Source: an uncultured Bacteroidota bacterium (lineage in GTDB: Bacteria; Bacteroidota; Bacteroidia; Bacteroidales; SZUA-534). From it: a stretch of DNA of 64,000 nt. Below the pieces are notes generated by a model. That model was not told the DNA's origin. It did no database searches and was given only the letters and a program-made list of their open reading frames with translations. How positions within the stretch are numbered: the first letter of the stretch is position 1; every line of letters starts with the position of its first letter. Of this stretch, positions 54,229 through 61,834 are shown piece after piece. The position numbers were made by a program, and so were the translations under genes. The DNA is taken from assembly GCA_946186925.1 (NCBI GenBank), contig CAMHPA010000011.1, forward strand, positions 5,130 to 69,129, read 5' to 3'.

Positions 54229-56415
54229 ATGGAAGACATTCGGTTTGACATAAACAATGCCATCGACTGTAACAATTGGTTTGTCCGCAGTCCGCAGCCG
54301 ATTTTTGTAATGAAAGTCGATGGCAGCAATCTGACGCTTCACAGAATAAATCGCAGCGCGTGCGAATTGCTCAAATGTACCGACGACGGCTACCATTCGC
54401 TATCGCCGTTAAAAATTGGATTGTTTAAGTCCGATGCTGATATTCAGCAATATATAGATTCAGAAATTGGACCGGAAGGTGTCACTTACGTAACGCAGAT
54501 TGTTCCGCTTATCGAGCCTGAAATATCATCGGAAATAACGCTCTACAAAATGCGCTCGGCCGACGGACAGACGTATCTGACAGCTTTCCAGCAGAATGCC
54601 GGCAATCTGACTAAAATTCTCAGCGCCCTGCGCCACAGTGAGTTCCGCTTCCTGATGATGGCCGAGAACATCACCGACGGCATAATGATTTACGAGAACG
54701 GCAAATTGACGTTTGCCAACACGGCGAGCACAAAAATCACGGGGTATAGCAAAGAACAGCTCAAAACAACGTCGCCGCTGGCGCTTATATGCGATTACGA
54801 ACGCGAGCGTGTGCACCGGCTGATGGAAGAGCAGAAAAAAACAAACCCGAACTTTTTCAGCACCGAAGTGTGGATTCTGAATCGGACCGGTCAGGAAAAG
54901 TGTATCAAATGTGTGTTCTCAATGACAAAAACGCAGATTGGCGAAACCATCTCATACAATGTTATTACCGACATCACCGCGCAAAAACTCACCGAGCGGG
55001 CGCTTATCAAGAGCCAGGAAGAGTTCAAAATGCTGGCCGACAACAGCCCCGACATCATCACGCGTTACAACCGCAATCTGACATACGCCTATGTGAACCG
55101 CGCCATCGAAGAAATCACGAAGATTCCGGCTGAGAAATTCATCGGGCGCAACACAATGGATATCGAGCTCGACCAAAATATGGCATCGTTCATCGAAGAG
55201 ATGCACCTTGAAGTGTTCCGCACCGGGCGCAAGCTCAAATTTGAGTTCCGGATGAATGTCGATGGCAAACAGCGCATTTTCCAGGCCAGCATGGTGCCTG
55301 AAATGTCAAACGATGGTTCGGTGAACACCGTGCTCAACGTGTCGCGCGACATCACACAGATAAAAGAGTTCGAAGTCGAGCTCAACAAAGAGAAACAACG
55401 GATGATTGAAAGCAACAGCAACATCGCATCAAATATCAAACTGTTGGGTGTCAGGTTGTTGGAGTCATATCCCGAAATTAAGAATACCAATTTGTTCACA
55501 TCAATAACGCGTATTGCAGAATGGACCGGCATAGGAGCACGGTTGCTCAAAACCGAACCAACCACCATCGACGTCATACAGCTGCTTACCGACTATCACA
55601 TGAAGAAAGTGAACGATTTGGCAGAACTTGGAATAAAACTCGATCTTGAATTTCCCGGCGACACCACTAAAATTTACACCGATCCTGTTATTCTGAACAC
55701 AATTTTCAATAGCCTGATTGATAATGCTATAGAGTCAAAGGGTGTTACCGAGATACACATTGGTTTTGGCAAATCCGACAACAACAATGAGATAGTACTC
55801 TTTGTGAAGGACAACGGAAAGGGTGTGCCGTCCGACGTTTTTGAGAAGATTTTCGAGCCATTCTGCACTATTGGCAAAGACGGCCATTTGGGGCTTGGTT
55901 TGAGCACAGCTCGCGAATGCGTCGAGCACTTGAAAGGCCGCATCTGGTGTTACTCGGCGGCAGGTGAGGGGGCGCAATTCTTCTTCACTCATCCGATTGG
56001 TGTGCAGCAACCCGATGTGAAACCAACCAGCACCAACAGCCATAATTGGGCAGGTAAGAAAATCCATGTCGTAGAAGACACCGATGCCAACTACATCCTA
56101 ATCGAAGCCATGCTCAAGATGCAGGGCGCCATACAACTCACACGTTCTGTCAACGGTCAGAACGCCATCGATTACGTTCGCAACAACACCGACATTGACT
56201 TGATCCTCATGGATATACAGTTGCCCGACATTGACGGTTATACTGTGACACAGCAAATCCGCACCTTCAACACCAGTGTGCCGATTATCGCGCAGACAGC
56301 TTATGCCATGTACGCCGATGTGGTGAAAGCAATCAATGCCGGCTGCAACGATTTCATTGCAAAGCCGATAAAAATCAAGAAGATGATCTCGCTATTGGAG
56401 AAGTATTTAGGATAG
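54229..56415 (+). CDS. PAS-containing hybrid histidine-kinase-like protein with C-terminal receiver; the canonical H-box histidine is not detectable
   Basis: Multiple PAS-like modules. HATPase_c motifs NSLIDNAIES (N box), VKDNGKGV (G1), FEPF (F), GLGLGLSTA (G2). REC motifs HVVEDTDAN, LILMDIQLPDIDG, IAKP. Where FLANMSHELRTP is expected, the sequence reads SNIASNIKLLGVRLLE, with no His. Confidence 0.8.
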   Translation: MEDIRFDINNAIDCNNWFVRSPQPIFVMKVDGSNLTLHRINRSACELLKCTDDGYHSLSPLKIGLFKSDADIQQYIDSEIGPEGVTYVTQIVPLIEPEISSEITLYKMRSADGQTYLTAFQQNAGNLTKILSALRHSEFRFLMMAENITDGIMIYENGKLTFANTASTKITGYSKEQLKTTSPLALICDYERERVHRLMEEQKKTNPNFFSTEVWILNRTGQEKCIKCVFSMTKTQIGETISYNVITDITAQKLTERALIKSQEEFKMLADNSPDIITRYNRNLTYAYVNRAIEEITKIPAEKFIGRNTMDIELDQNMASFIEEMHLEVFRTGRKLKFEFRMNVDGKQRIFQASMVPEMSNDGSVNTVLNVSRDITQIKEFEVELNKEKQRMIESNSNIASNIKLLGVRLLESYPEIKNTNLFTSITRIAEWTGIGARLLKTEPTTIDVIQLLTDYHMKKVNDLAELGIKLDLEFPGDTTKIYTDPVILNTIFNSLIDNAIESKGVTEIHIGFGKSDNNNEIVLFVKDNGKGVPSDVFEKIFEPFCTIGKDGHLGLGLSTARECVEHLKGRIWCYSAAGEGAQFFFTHPIGVQQPDVKPTSTNSHNWAGKKIHVVEDTDANYILIEAMLKMQGAIQLTRSVNGQNAIDYVRNNTDIDLILMDIQLPDIDGYTVTQQIRTFNTSVPIIAQTAYAMYADVVKAINAGCNDFIAKPIKIKKMISLLEKYLG

Positions 56416-56433
56416 GTGAGTGGCTCGCATAAA

Positions 56434-56455
56434 AAAAGCACCCAATGGTGCTTTT
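56434..56455. terminator. bidirectional terminator between the kinase gene and rng
   Basis: The sequence aaaagcacc-caat-ggtgctttt has A/T runs on both sides. Confidence 0.6.
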
Positions 56456-56479
56456 AATGACGATTTGAGTTTGATTATT

Positions 56480-58027
56480 CTACAAGTAAATCTTCTCGTT
56501 ATCCTTGTCCAAAAAGGCGTACTCAAGAAAGGCGTGCGAACTTGTTTCCACAACCTTAAGACGATGCAGATACTTGAGTCTCCAGCGCCGTTTGATTGAA
56601 AACAGCCCCTTGTTCAGATATGCTGCAATAAACGGATGTACAACCAGTTTTATCCGTTTGTTCTTATAGGTTTTAAGCCCCCAGCGGATGATGTTTTCAA
56701 GTTCATCTATAAGCAGGAATGTCGGTGTAACCTCTCCGGTACCGTTGCATGACGGGCACTTTTCCAATGTGCGCACGGTGGTTTCGGGACGCACACGCTG
56801 GCGGGTGATTTGTATCAATCCGAACTTGCTCAGCGGCAGCACATGATGGCGCGCACGGTCGTGCTGCATACATTCTTTCATGTACTCGTAGAGCTTGTTC
56901 TTGTTCTCAGCCGTGTGCATATCAATGAAATCAATGACAATGATGCCGCCCATATCGCGCAAACGCAGCTGGCGGGCAATCTCGGCGGCGGCCACCATGT
57001 TCACATCAATGGCGTTCTCCTCCTGATTGGTGCTGTTTTGTGTGCGGTTGCCTGAATTGACATCAATAACATGCAGAGCCTCAGTGCGTTCTATGACTAG
57101 ATATGCGCCCTTCTGCATGGCGACAGTTCGGCCAAAGAGTGACTTTATCTGTTTCTCAAGTCCGAAATGTTCAAAAATCGGCTGCGCGCCATCGTACAGT
57201 TTCACAATTTTTTCACATTCAGGAGCAATGCTTTTGATGTACTCTTTAGTTTCTTCGTACAGTTTCTGATTGTTGATGTAAATGTTGTTGTACTCGGGGG
57301 TGAACATATCGCGTAGCATTGCCGTAGTACGGTCGAGCTCACCGATAAGCAGGCGCGGCGGTTGGCTTTTGATGTTCTGGAAAGCCGCGTTCCATTTGTC
57401 CATAAGTTCGCGCATCTCAGAGTCAAGATCGGCCAGGCTGGCGTTTTCAGCTACTGTGCGCACAATCACGCCGAAATTCTTCGGTTTCACGCTTTGAATC
57501 ATCTTGCGCAGACGGTCGCGTTCGGCTTGCGACTGTATTTTTTGCGACACCGAAACCTTGTCAGAGAAGGGTATGAGCACCAGATTGCGTCCGGCTATCG
57601 ATATCTCCGATGTTAGCCGCGGGCCTTTGGTCGAGATGGGCTCTTTGGCAATCTGCACAAGAATAGTTTGTCCGTCGCGAAGCACCTGACTGATCTTGCC
57701 ATGCTTGTCAATATCCTCTTCCATATCGAAGTTGCTGATTGACGTGAGAGGATTCTTGCGCTCAAGATTGCTCTGCACAAATTTGTTGATTGAGCGGAAC
57801 TGCGGTCCTAGATCAAGATAATGCAGGAATGCGTCTTTTTCATAGCCCACATCAACAAAAGCGGCGTTCAGCCCTGACATTATCTTCTTGACCTTGCCTA
57901 AGTATATGTCGCCAACCGAGAAGCTGGTGTTCGTTTTTTCGCGGTTTAGCTCAACCAGTGTCTTATCTTCAACCAGTGCAATCACAACCTCTGATGGGGT
58001 TGCGTTAATCACCAATTCCTTATTCAT
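56480..58027 (-). CDS. rng: ribonuclease G/E family endoribonuclease
   Basis: S1 domain VGDIYLGKVKKIMSGLNAAFVDVG. Catalytic core IVRTVAE, ALHVIDVNSG, GGIIVIDFIDM. Zn-link CPSCNGTG. ATG at 58027. Confidence 0.9.
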   Translation of the reverse strand: MNKELVINATPSEVVIALVEDKTLVELNREKTNTSFSVGDIYLGKVKKIMSGLNAAFVDVGYEKDAFLHYLDLGPQFRSINKFVQSNLERKNPLTSISNFDMEEDIDKHGKISQVLRDGQTILVQIAKEPISTKGPRLTSEISIAGRNLVLIPFSDKVSVSQKIQSQAERDRLRKMIQSVKPKNFGVIVRTVAENASLADLDSEMRELMDKWNAAFQNIKSQPPRLLIGELDRTTAMLRDMFTPEYNNIYINNQKLYEETKEYIKSIAPECEKIVKLYDGAQPIFEHFGLEKQIKSLFGRTVAMQKGAYLVIERTEALHVIDVNSGNRTQNSTNQEENAIDVNMVAAAEIARQLRLRDMGGIIVIDFIDMHTAENKNKLYEYMKECMQHDRARHHVLPLSKFGLIQITRQRVRPETTVRTLEKCPSCNGTGEVTPTFLLIDELENIIRWGLKTYKNKRIKLVVHPFIAAYLNKGLFSIKRRWRLKYLHRLKVVETSSHAFLEYAFLDKDNEKIYL

Positions 58028-58297
58028 GTGCAAAATATAAGATTGTCAAACAGTTAATAGTGACAACCGCACAACTATTGTTGGCGCTAATCACCTCACT
58101 TATCTTTTTTTCAAAATTGAAAAACAGACCTCAGGCACAAAAAAAACAATTTGCCGTGGCTGACTTTAGTCAGGGAGTGATGGTTGCAAAATTGCACTCA
58201 GACAACCGAAAAAACGCAAATGACGGCAAAAACCAACACACGCAAACATCTGCTTGGCAATGTGACGGTGAGTTTGAGTGCCACCTATATATAAAAC

Positions 58298-58330
58298 AAT
58301 AAACCTTAAGAGCACGCTCCAAGGTTTATT
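58298..58330 (-). terminator. hairpin terminator after the hup / small-basic-ORF unit
   Basis: On the minus strand, 10-bp stem aataaacctt / aaggtttatt with a 13-nt loop, followed by GTTTTATATAT. Confidence 0.45.
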
Positions 58331-58350
58331 GCATTATCATCGAAAAGATG

Positions 58351-58440
58351 TTATTTCTTTTTGTGACGATTCTTGCGAAGGCGTTTTTTACGCTTATGCG
58401 TAGCCATTTTGTGCCTTTTGTGTTTCTTTCCGTTTGGCAT
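58351..58440 (-). CDS. 29-aa extremely basic peptide (bS22/THX-like ribosome-associated small protein?)
   Basis: Not in the ORF track (too short). My translation is MPNGKKHKRHKMATHKRKKRLRKNRHKKK, 18 of 29 residues K/R plus 4 His. The ATG is 17 nt downstream of the hup stop and is followed by the hairpin at 58298-58330. The composition resembles small ribosomal proteins such as bS22. Confidence 0.5.
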   Translation of the reverse strand: MPNGKKHKRHKMATHKRKKRLRKNRHKKK

Positions 58441-58457
58441 ATTCGTATCGTTTAAAA

Positions 58458-58745
58458 TTATTTTTTAATGCTTTCTCTTACTTTAACCATAAAGGTTTTG
58501 GCTGGTTTGAACGACGGAATGAAGTGTTCCGGAATAACCAACGATGTGTTCTTGGTGATGTTTCGAGCGGTTTTCTTGGCTCTTTTCTTTGTGGTGAAGC
58601 TGCCAAAGCCTCTCAAGTATACGCTCTCACCTTTTGCTACTGAACTTTTGATGTTATCCATCAAAGCGTCAACAATCTTTTGTGCTGCTACTTTCTCAAT
58701 ACCTGTGTTTTTCGAGATTTCGCTAACGATATCTGCTTTTGTCAT
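58458..58745 (-). CDS. hup: HU family DNA-binding protein
   Basis: MTKADIVSEISKNTGIEKVAAQKIVDALMDNI...VYLRGFGSFTTKKRAKKTARNITKNTSLVIPEHFIPSFKPAK has the canonical HU/IHF fold pattern (R-G-F-G-x-F, the beta-arm, P...F-K-P). Confidence 0.9.
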   Translation of the reverse strand: MTKADIVSEISKNTGIEKVAAQKIVDALMDNIKSSVAKGESVYLRGFGSFTTKKRAKKTARNITKNTSLVIPEHFIPSFKPAKTFMVKVRESIKK

Positions 58746-58795
58746 AGCTTAAAATATTTTATTATCAATAAATTATTTGTGTTCAAAAGTGTCTG

Positions 58796-58830
58796 CAAAT
58801 ATAGGCTAATAATTATTACTGAAAAACAAA
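58796..58830 (-). promoter_or_regulatory. candidate promoter of hup
   Basis: On the minus strand: TTTG (complement of 58827-58830), a 23-nt spacer, then TATATTTG (complement of 58796-58803), about 50 nt upstream of the hup ATG. The spacer is slightly long. Confidence 0.35.
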
Positions 58831-58876
58831 ATTGATTTTTTTTTTGAAAATGTTGTTTCTGTTCCGAAAACCGGTG

Positions 58877-59266
58877 TCAGTCAGATTGTTGGTGGCAATT
58901 GGCAGCTATCAGTTGTTTGATTTTGCCAGGTAGGAAAGGCTTGATAATGGCACCTGAAAAATGACTGGTGTTCAATTTGTTGAAAATCTCATCTTCTGTA
59001 TGGCGGTTATGGTGATGATGGGCGTCAACGTTTTTTTCGTTTCCAATTGCTCGGATAGCGGCAGTAGTCTCAACTCCATTCATTACAGGCATTTCCAGAT
59101 CCATGAGTGTCATGTCGAACGACTGCTCCCGCACTAGGCCTATGGCTTCTTCGCCTTGCACGCCATTGTGCAGCGGCAGCCCAGCGATGTGCAAATGAGC
59201 CCAGCATCATGCGGTTAGAATGTTGTTAACAATCAGAATTTCAGGCTGTTTCGTACTGTCATACAT
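58877..59266 (-). pseudogene. degenerate single-domain response-regulator receiver interrupted by an in-frame TGA
   Basis: The ATG at 59266 (4 nt after the helicase stop) gives MYDSTKQPEILIVNNILTA, then TGA (59209-59207). The same frame continues CWAHLHIAGLPLHNGVQGEEAIGLVREQSFDMTLMDLEMPVMNG...IIKPF. The acidic DD pair is NN, and the beta4 region reads VDAHHHHNRHT. TGA is a genuine stop elsewhere in the window (for example dnaA). Confidence 0.6.
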
Positions 59267-59269
59267 GGG

Positions 59270-60709
59270 CTACTTGAAAAACTCATCTTTGAAATTGACC
59301 AGATAGAGCCGCACGGTGGGGCGGGTAAAGGCGGTGTAGAGCCAGCGCAGGAACTCGGTGTTGAGCATGTCGTCGGTGAGCCAGCCCTGGTCGATGAAAA
59401 CGGCCTGCCACTGGCCGCCTTGTGCCTTGTGGCAGGTGATGGCGTAACTGAATTTCACCTGCAAGGCGTTGAAATAGGGGTTCTCTTTCACCTTTTTAAT
59501 ACGGTCGCGCTTGTTGCCTATTTCGGCGTAATCGGCCATCACGGATTCAAACAGCCGCTGGTTCTCGTCCCACGTGAGCGACGGTGATTCCGACGTGAGC
59601 GTGTCGAGCATAATCTTTGTCTGTATCTCGATTTCGGGATAGTCTGCCAGCCGCAAGTCAACGTCGGCAAAGCGGAATCCGTAGAGTTCGCGGTATTTGC
59701 CGATGCGTGTGATTTCGGCAATGTCGCCGTTGGCGATGAACGGCGTTGTTTCCTTCTCTTCGTCGCTGAGCCAGAAGTAGTTGTTCTTGACCACCATCAG
59801 CAGGTCGCCTTTCGAAATCTCTTCGTCGCGCCAGAGAATGGTGCGGCGGATGCCTTCGTTGTATTTATTGGCGCGCTTGTTCGAGCGGCAGAGCACCATG
59901 GTGTTGCCGATGCCGAACTCATCGTAGCAGTTCTCAATCTCTTCAATCAGTTCGCCGCCTGTGATTCGCCGCACATCGGCAAAGCCTGTGGTTGTCAGGG
60001 GCGGATAGCCTTGCAGGTTCTCAGCAAGCGACTGGCGCAAGAGCGTGGCGTTGTGCAGAATGCCCGATTCGCGCGTCTGCCGCACCACTTGCTTCATCTC
60101 AAATTCGCTGACGCTGAATCCCATCTCGCCAATCACTTTTGCGTCGAGCGCAGGGCTGATGGCAAGTCCAACGGGCGGCAACTGAGCGGTGTCGCCTACA
60201 AGAATCAGTTTGCACATCTCGCCGCGATAGACATACTCGAAAAGGTCGTCGAGCAGGCGGCCGCTGCCGAAAATGGAGTTTTCCGACTGGTCATTCGAAA
60301 TCATTGACGCTTCATCAACAATAAATATGGTGCGCTGGTGCTTGTTGTTGTCGAGAGCAAAACTGCCCAATCCGTTGGCTGTGGCCGATTTCTGGCGGTA
60401 GATTTTCTTATGGATTGTAAACGCCTGATGGCCCGAATACCCTGCAAGCACTTTGGCGGCGCGGCCCGTGGGGGCGAGCAGAACGGCTTTCAGTCCGATT
60501 TTCGGCAGAATCTTGACTAGAGCCGCCACCATTGATGTTTTTCCCGTTCCCGCGTATCCTTTTATTATAAGTGTGTCGTCGCGGTGGTCGGGCGAGAAAT
60601 AGTTGCCGATGAACGTGCTGATGCGCGAAATCAACTCTTGCTGGTCGATTGTCGGCATGTAGCCCAAGGCGTCTTTTATCCGTTCCGAAACACTCTGAAT
60701 CATGGCCAC
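59270..60709 (-). CDS. RecD-like SF1 DNA helicase (AAA_30 + UvrD_C_2 type)
   Basis: Walker A GYAGTGKTSMV, LLAPTGRAAKVL, Walker B IFIVDEASMI, LILVGDTAQLPPVG, and the C-terminal YAITCHKAQGGQW motif. Confidence 0.85.
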   Translation of the reverse strand: MAMIQSVSERIKDALGYMPTIDQQELISRISTFIGNYFSPDHRDDTLIIKGYAGTGKTSMVAALVKILPKIGLKAVLLAPTGRAAKVLAGYSGHQAFTIHKKIYRQKSATANGLGSFALDNNKHQRTIFIVDEASMISNDQSENSIFGSGRLLDDLFEYVYRGEMCKLILVGDTAQLPPVGLAISPALDAKVIGEMGFSVSEFEMKQVVRQTRESGILHNATLLRQSLAENLQGYPPLTTTGFADVRRITGGELIEEIENCYDEFGIGNTMVLCRSNKRANKYNEGIRRTILWRDEEISKGDLLMVVKNNYFWLSDEEKETTPFIANGDIAEITRIGKYRELYGFRFADVDLRLADYPEIEIQTKIMLDTLTSESPSLTWDENQRLFESVMADYAEIGNKRDRIKKVKENPYFNALQVKFSYAITCHKAQGGQWQAVFIDQGWLTDDMLNTEFLRWLYTAFTRPTVRLYLVNFKDEFFK

Positions 60710-60749
60710 GAACTAAAATAAAACAAACGGATTTGACAAGAGAAAAGTT

Positions 60750-60845
60750 TAGGTGTTAGGCACTAGGCATTAGTTAATTACGAATTACGAATTATGAATT
60801 ATGAATTACGATTCACCGATTATCAAAATTCTGTAGTTTGTAGTC
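60750..60845. repeat. chain of heptamer stutter repeats: TAGGYRY x3.4, AATTAYG x5, TGTAGTY x2
   Basis: 60750-60773: taggtgt taggcac taggcat tag. 60776-60810: aattacg aattacg aattatg aattatg aattacg, running into attcaccgatt. 60832-60845: tgtagtt tgtagtc. Confidence 0.9.
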
Positions 60846-60850
60846 CATTT

Positions 60851-60927
60851 TAAACCTGTTAAACCTGTTAAACGTGTTAAACCTGTTAAACGTGTTAAAC
60901 GTGTTAAACGCGTTAAACGTGTTAAAC
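60851..60927. repeat. 9-bp tandem repeat TAAACSYGT x8.5
   Basis: The array reads taaacctgt taaacctgt taaacgtgt taaacctgt taaacgtgt taaacgtgt taaacgcgt taaacgtgt taaac. Only positions 6-7 of the unit vary. Confidence 0.95.
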
Positions 60928-60968
60928 TTTAAACTCAACTTCTAAACAGCGAAGCGACTAAATCTTTC

Positions 60969-60988
60969 GATTCACCGATTCACCAATT
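60969..60988. repeat. GATTCACC octamer repeat x2.5
   Basis: The run reads gattcacc gattcacc aatt. The same word family occurs at 39245-39278 and 18410-18441. Confidence 0.85.
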
Positions 60989-61206
60989 TTGTCCGTAGTC
61001 TATAATCTAAATATTAATCCTTTGGCTATCTGTGATTTATCGGCGGAAAAATAATTTTATGACGAAAAAAAGCCCCAATCGGCTAATTTTTGGAACAAAC
61101 CTTTATATTTGCACTCGTTTGCAGAGCATGCATGGCAGTTAGGGCTTGCGCCGAGAGGCTTTGCGGTTTTGCTTCTAATAGTTAATAATTAAACATTTAT
61201 ATTGTA

Positions 61207-61821
61207 ATGAAAGCACTTATCCACGTATTGTTAGGTTTGTTGATTGTTTTTTTGGCATACGCCACAGTTCAAAGCATTGTCAAACCGATTGAATTTCAGA
61301 AAGAACAGCAGAAACGCTATGCTGAAACCATTCAGAGGTTGAAAGACATCCGTACCGCACAAGGTGCCATAAAAGAGGTAACTGGCGATTACACTGCAAG
61401 TTTCGATACTTTGATTGAATTCGTAAAGAATGGTCAGTTCTCAATTGTCCGTAAAGTTGGTGAGATTCCAGAGGATTTGTTGGGCAAAATCACAGAGAAA
61501 GAAGCCATCCAGAAGGGTATGATTATCCGTGACACCACAAAAGTATCTGTTTTGGATTCATTGTTTCCTTCCAACTACAAAATTGATTCACTGCGCTATA
61601 TTCCTTATTCTGGCGGTCGTGAATTCACACTGAAGAAAGGCACTATCGAGACAGCATCAAAATTGAAGGTGAAAGTATTTGAAGCATCGGCACCGTCGAA
61701 ATATATCTTGAAAGATCTTGATGAGCAGGAGATCATCAATCTTAATGATGGTCTCGACTATAAAGGCCTGAAGGTTGGTTCGGTTACCGAAGTCAACAAC
61801 GGCGCAGGCAACTGGGAATAA
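61207..61821 (+). CDS. hypothetical protein with a single N-terminal TM helix
   Basis: MKALIHVLLGLLIVFLAYATVQSIV is a hydrophobic anchor, followed by a helical region. This is vaguely pilin-like logic, but no prepilin G/FxxxE cleavage motif is present. No named motif was found. Confidence 0.45.
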   Translation: MKALIHVLLGLLIVFLAYATVQSIVKPIEFQKEQQKRYAETIQRLKDIRTAQGAIKEVTGDYTASFDTLIEFVKNGQFSIVRKVGEIPEDLLGKITEKEAIQKGMIIRDTTKVSVLDSLFPSNYKIDSLRYIPYSGGREFTLKKGTIETASKLKVKVFEASAPSKYILKDLDEQEIINLNDGLDYKGLKVGSVTEVNNGAGNWE

Positions 61822-61834
61822 AAAACATACTGAT

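Noticed and set aside
58060-58302. 80-aa + strand ORF upstream of rng
   Set aside because: It has no RBS or promoter logic and a low-complexity composition, and it lies in the likely rng leader on the opposite strand.
59207-59209. In-frame TGA as selenocysteine or a reassigned codon
   Set aside because: TGA terminates well-conserved genes in this window (for example dnaA and the DUF1538 gene). No SECIS-like hairpin is evident immediately downstream. The surrounding REC motifs are degenerate, which favours pseudogenisation.
60851-60927. Possible CRISPR array
   Set aside because: The units are 9 bp and directly abutting, with no spacers, and no cas genes are nearby. It is a simple tandem repeat.
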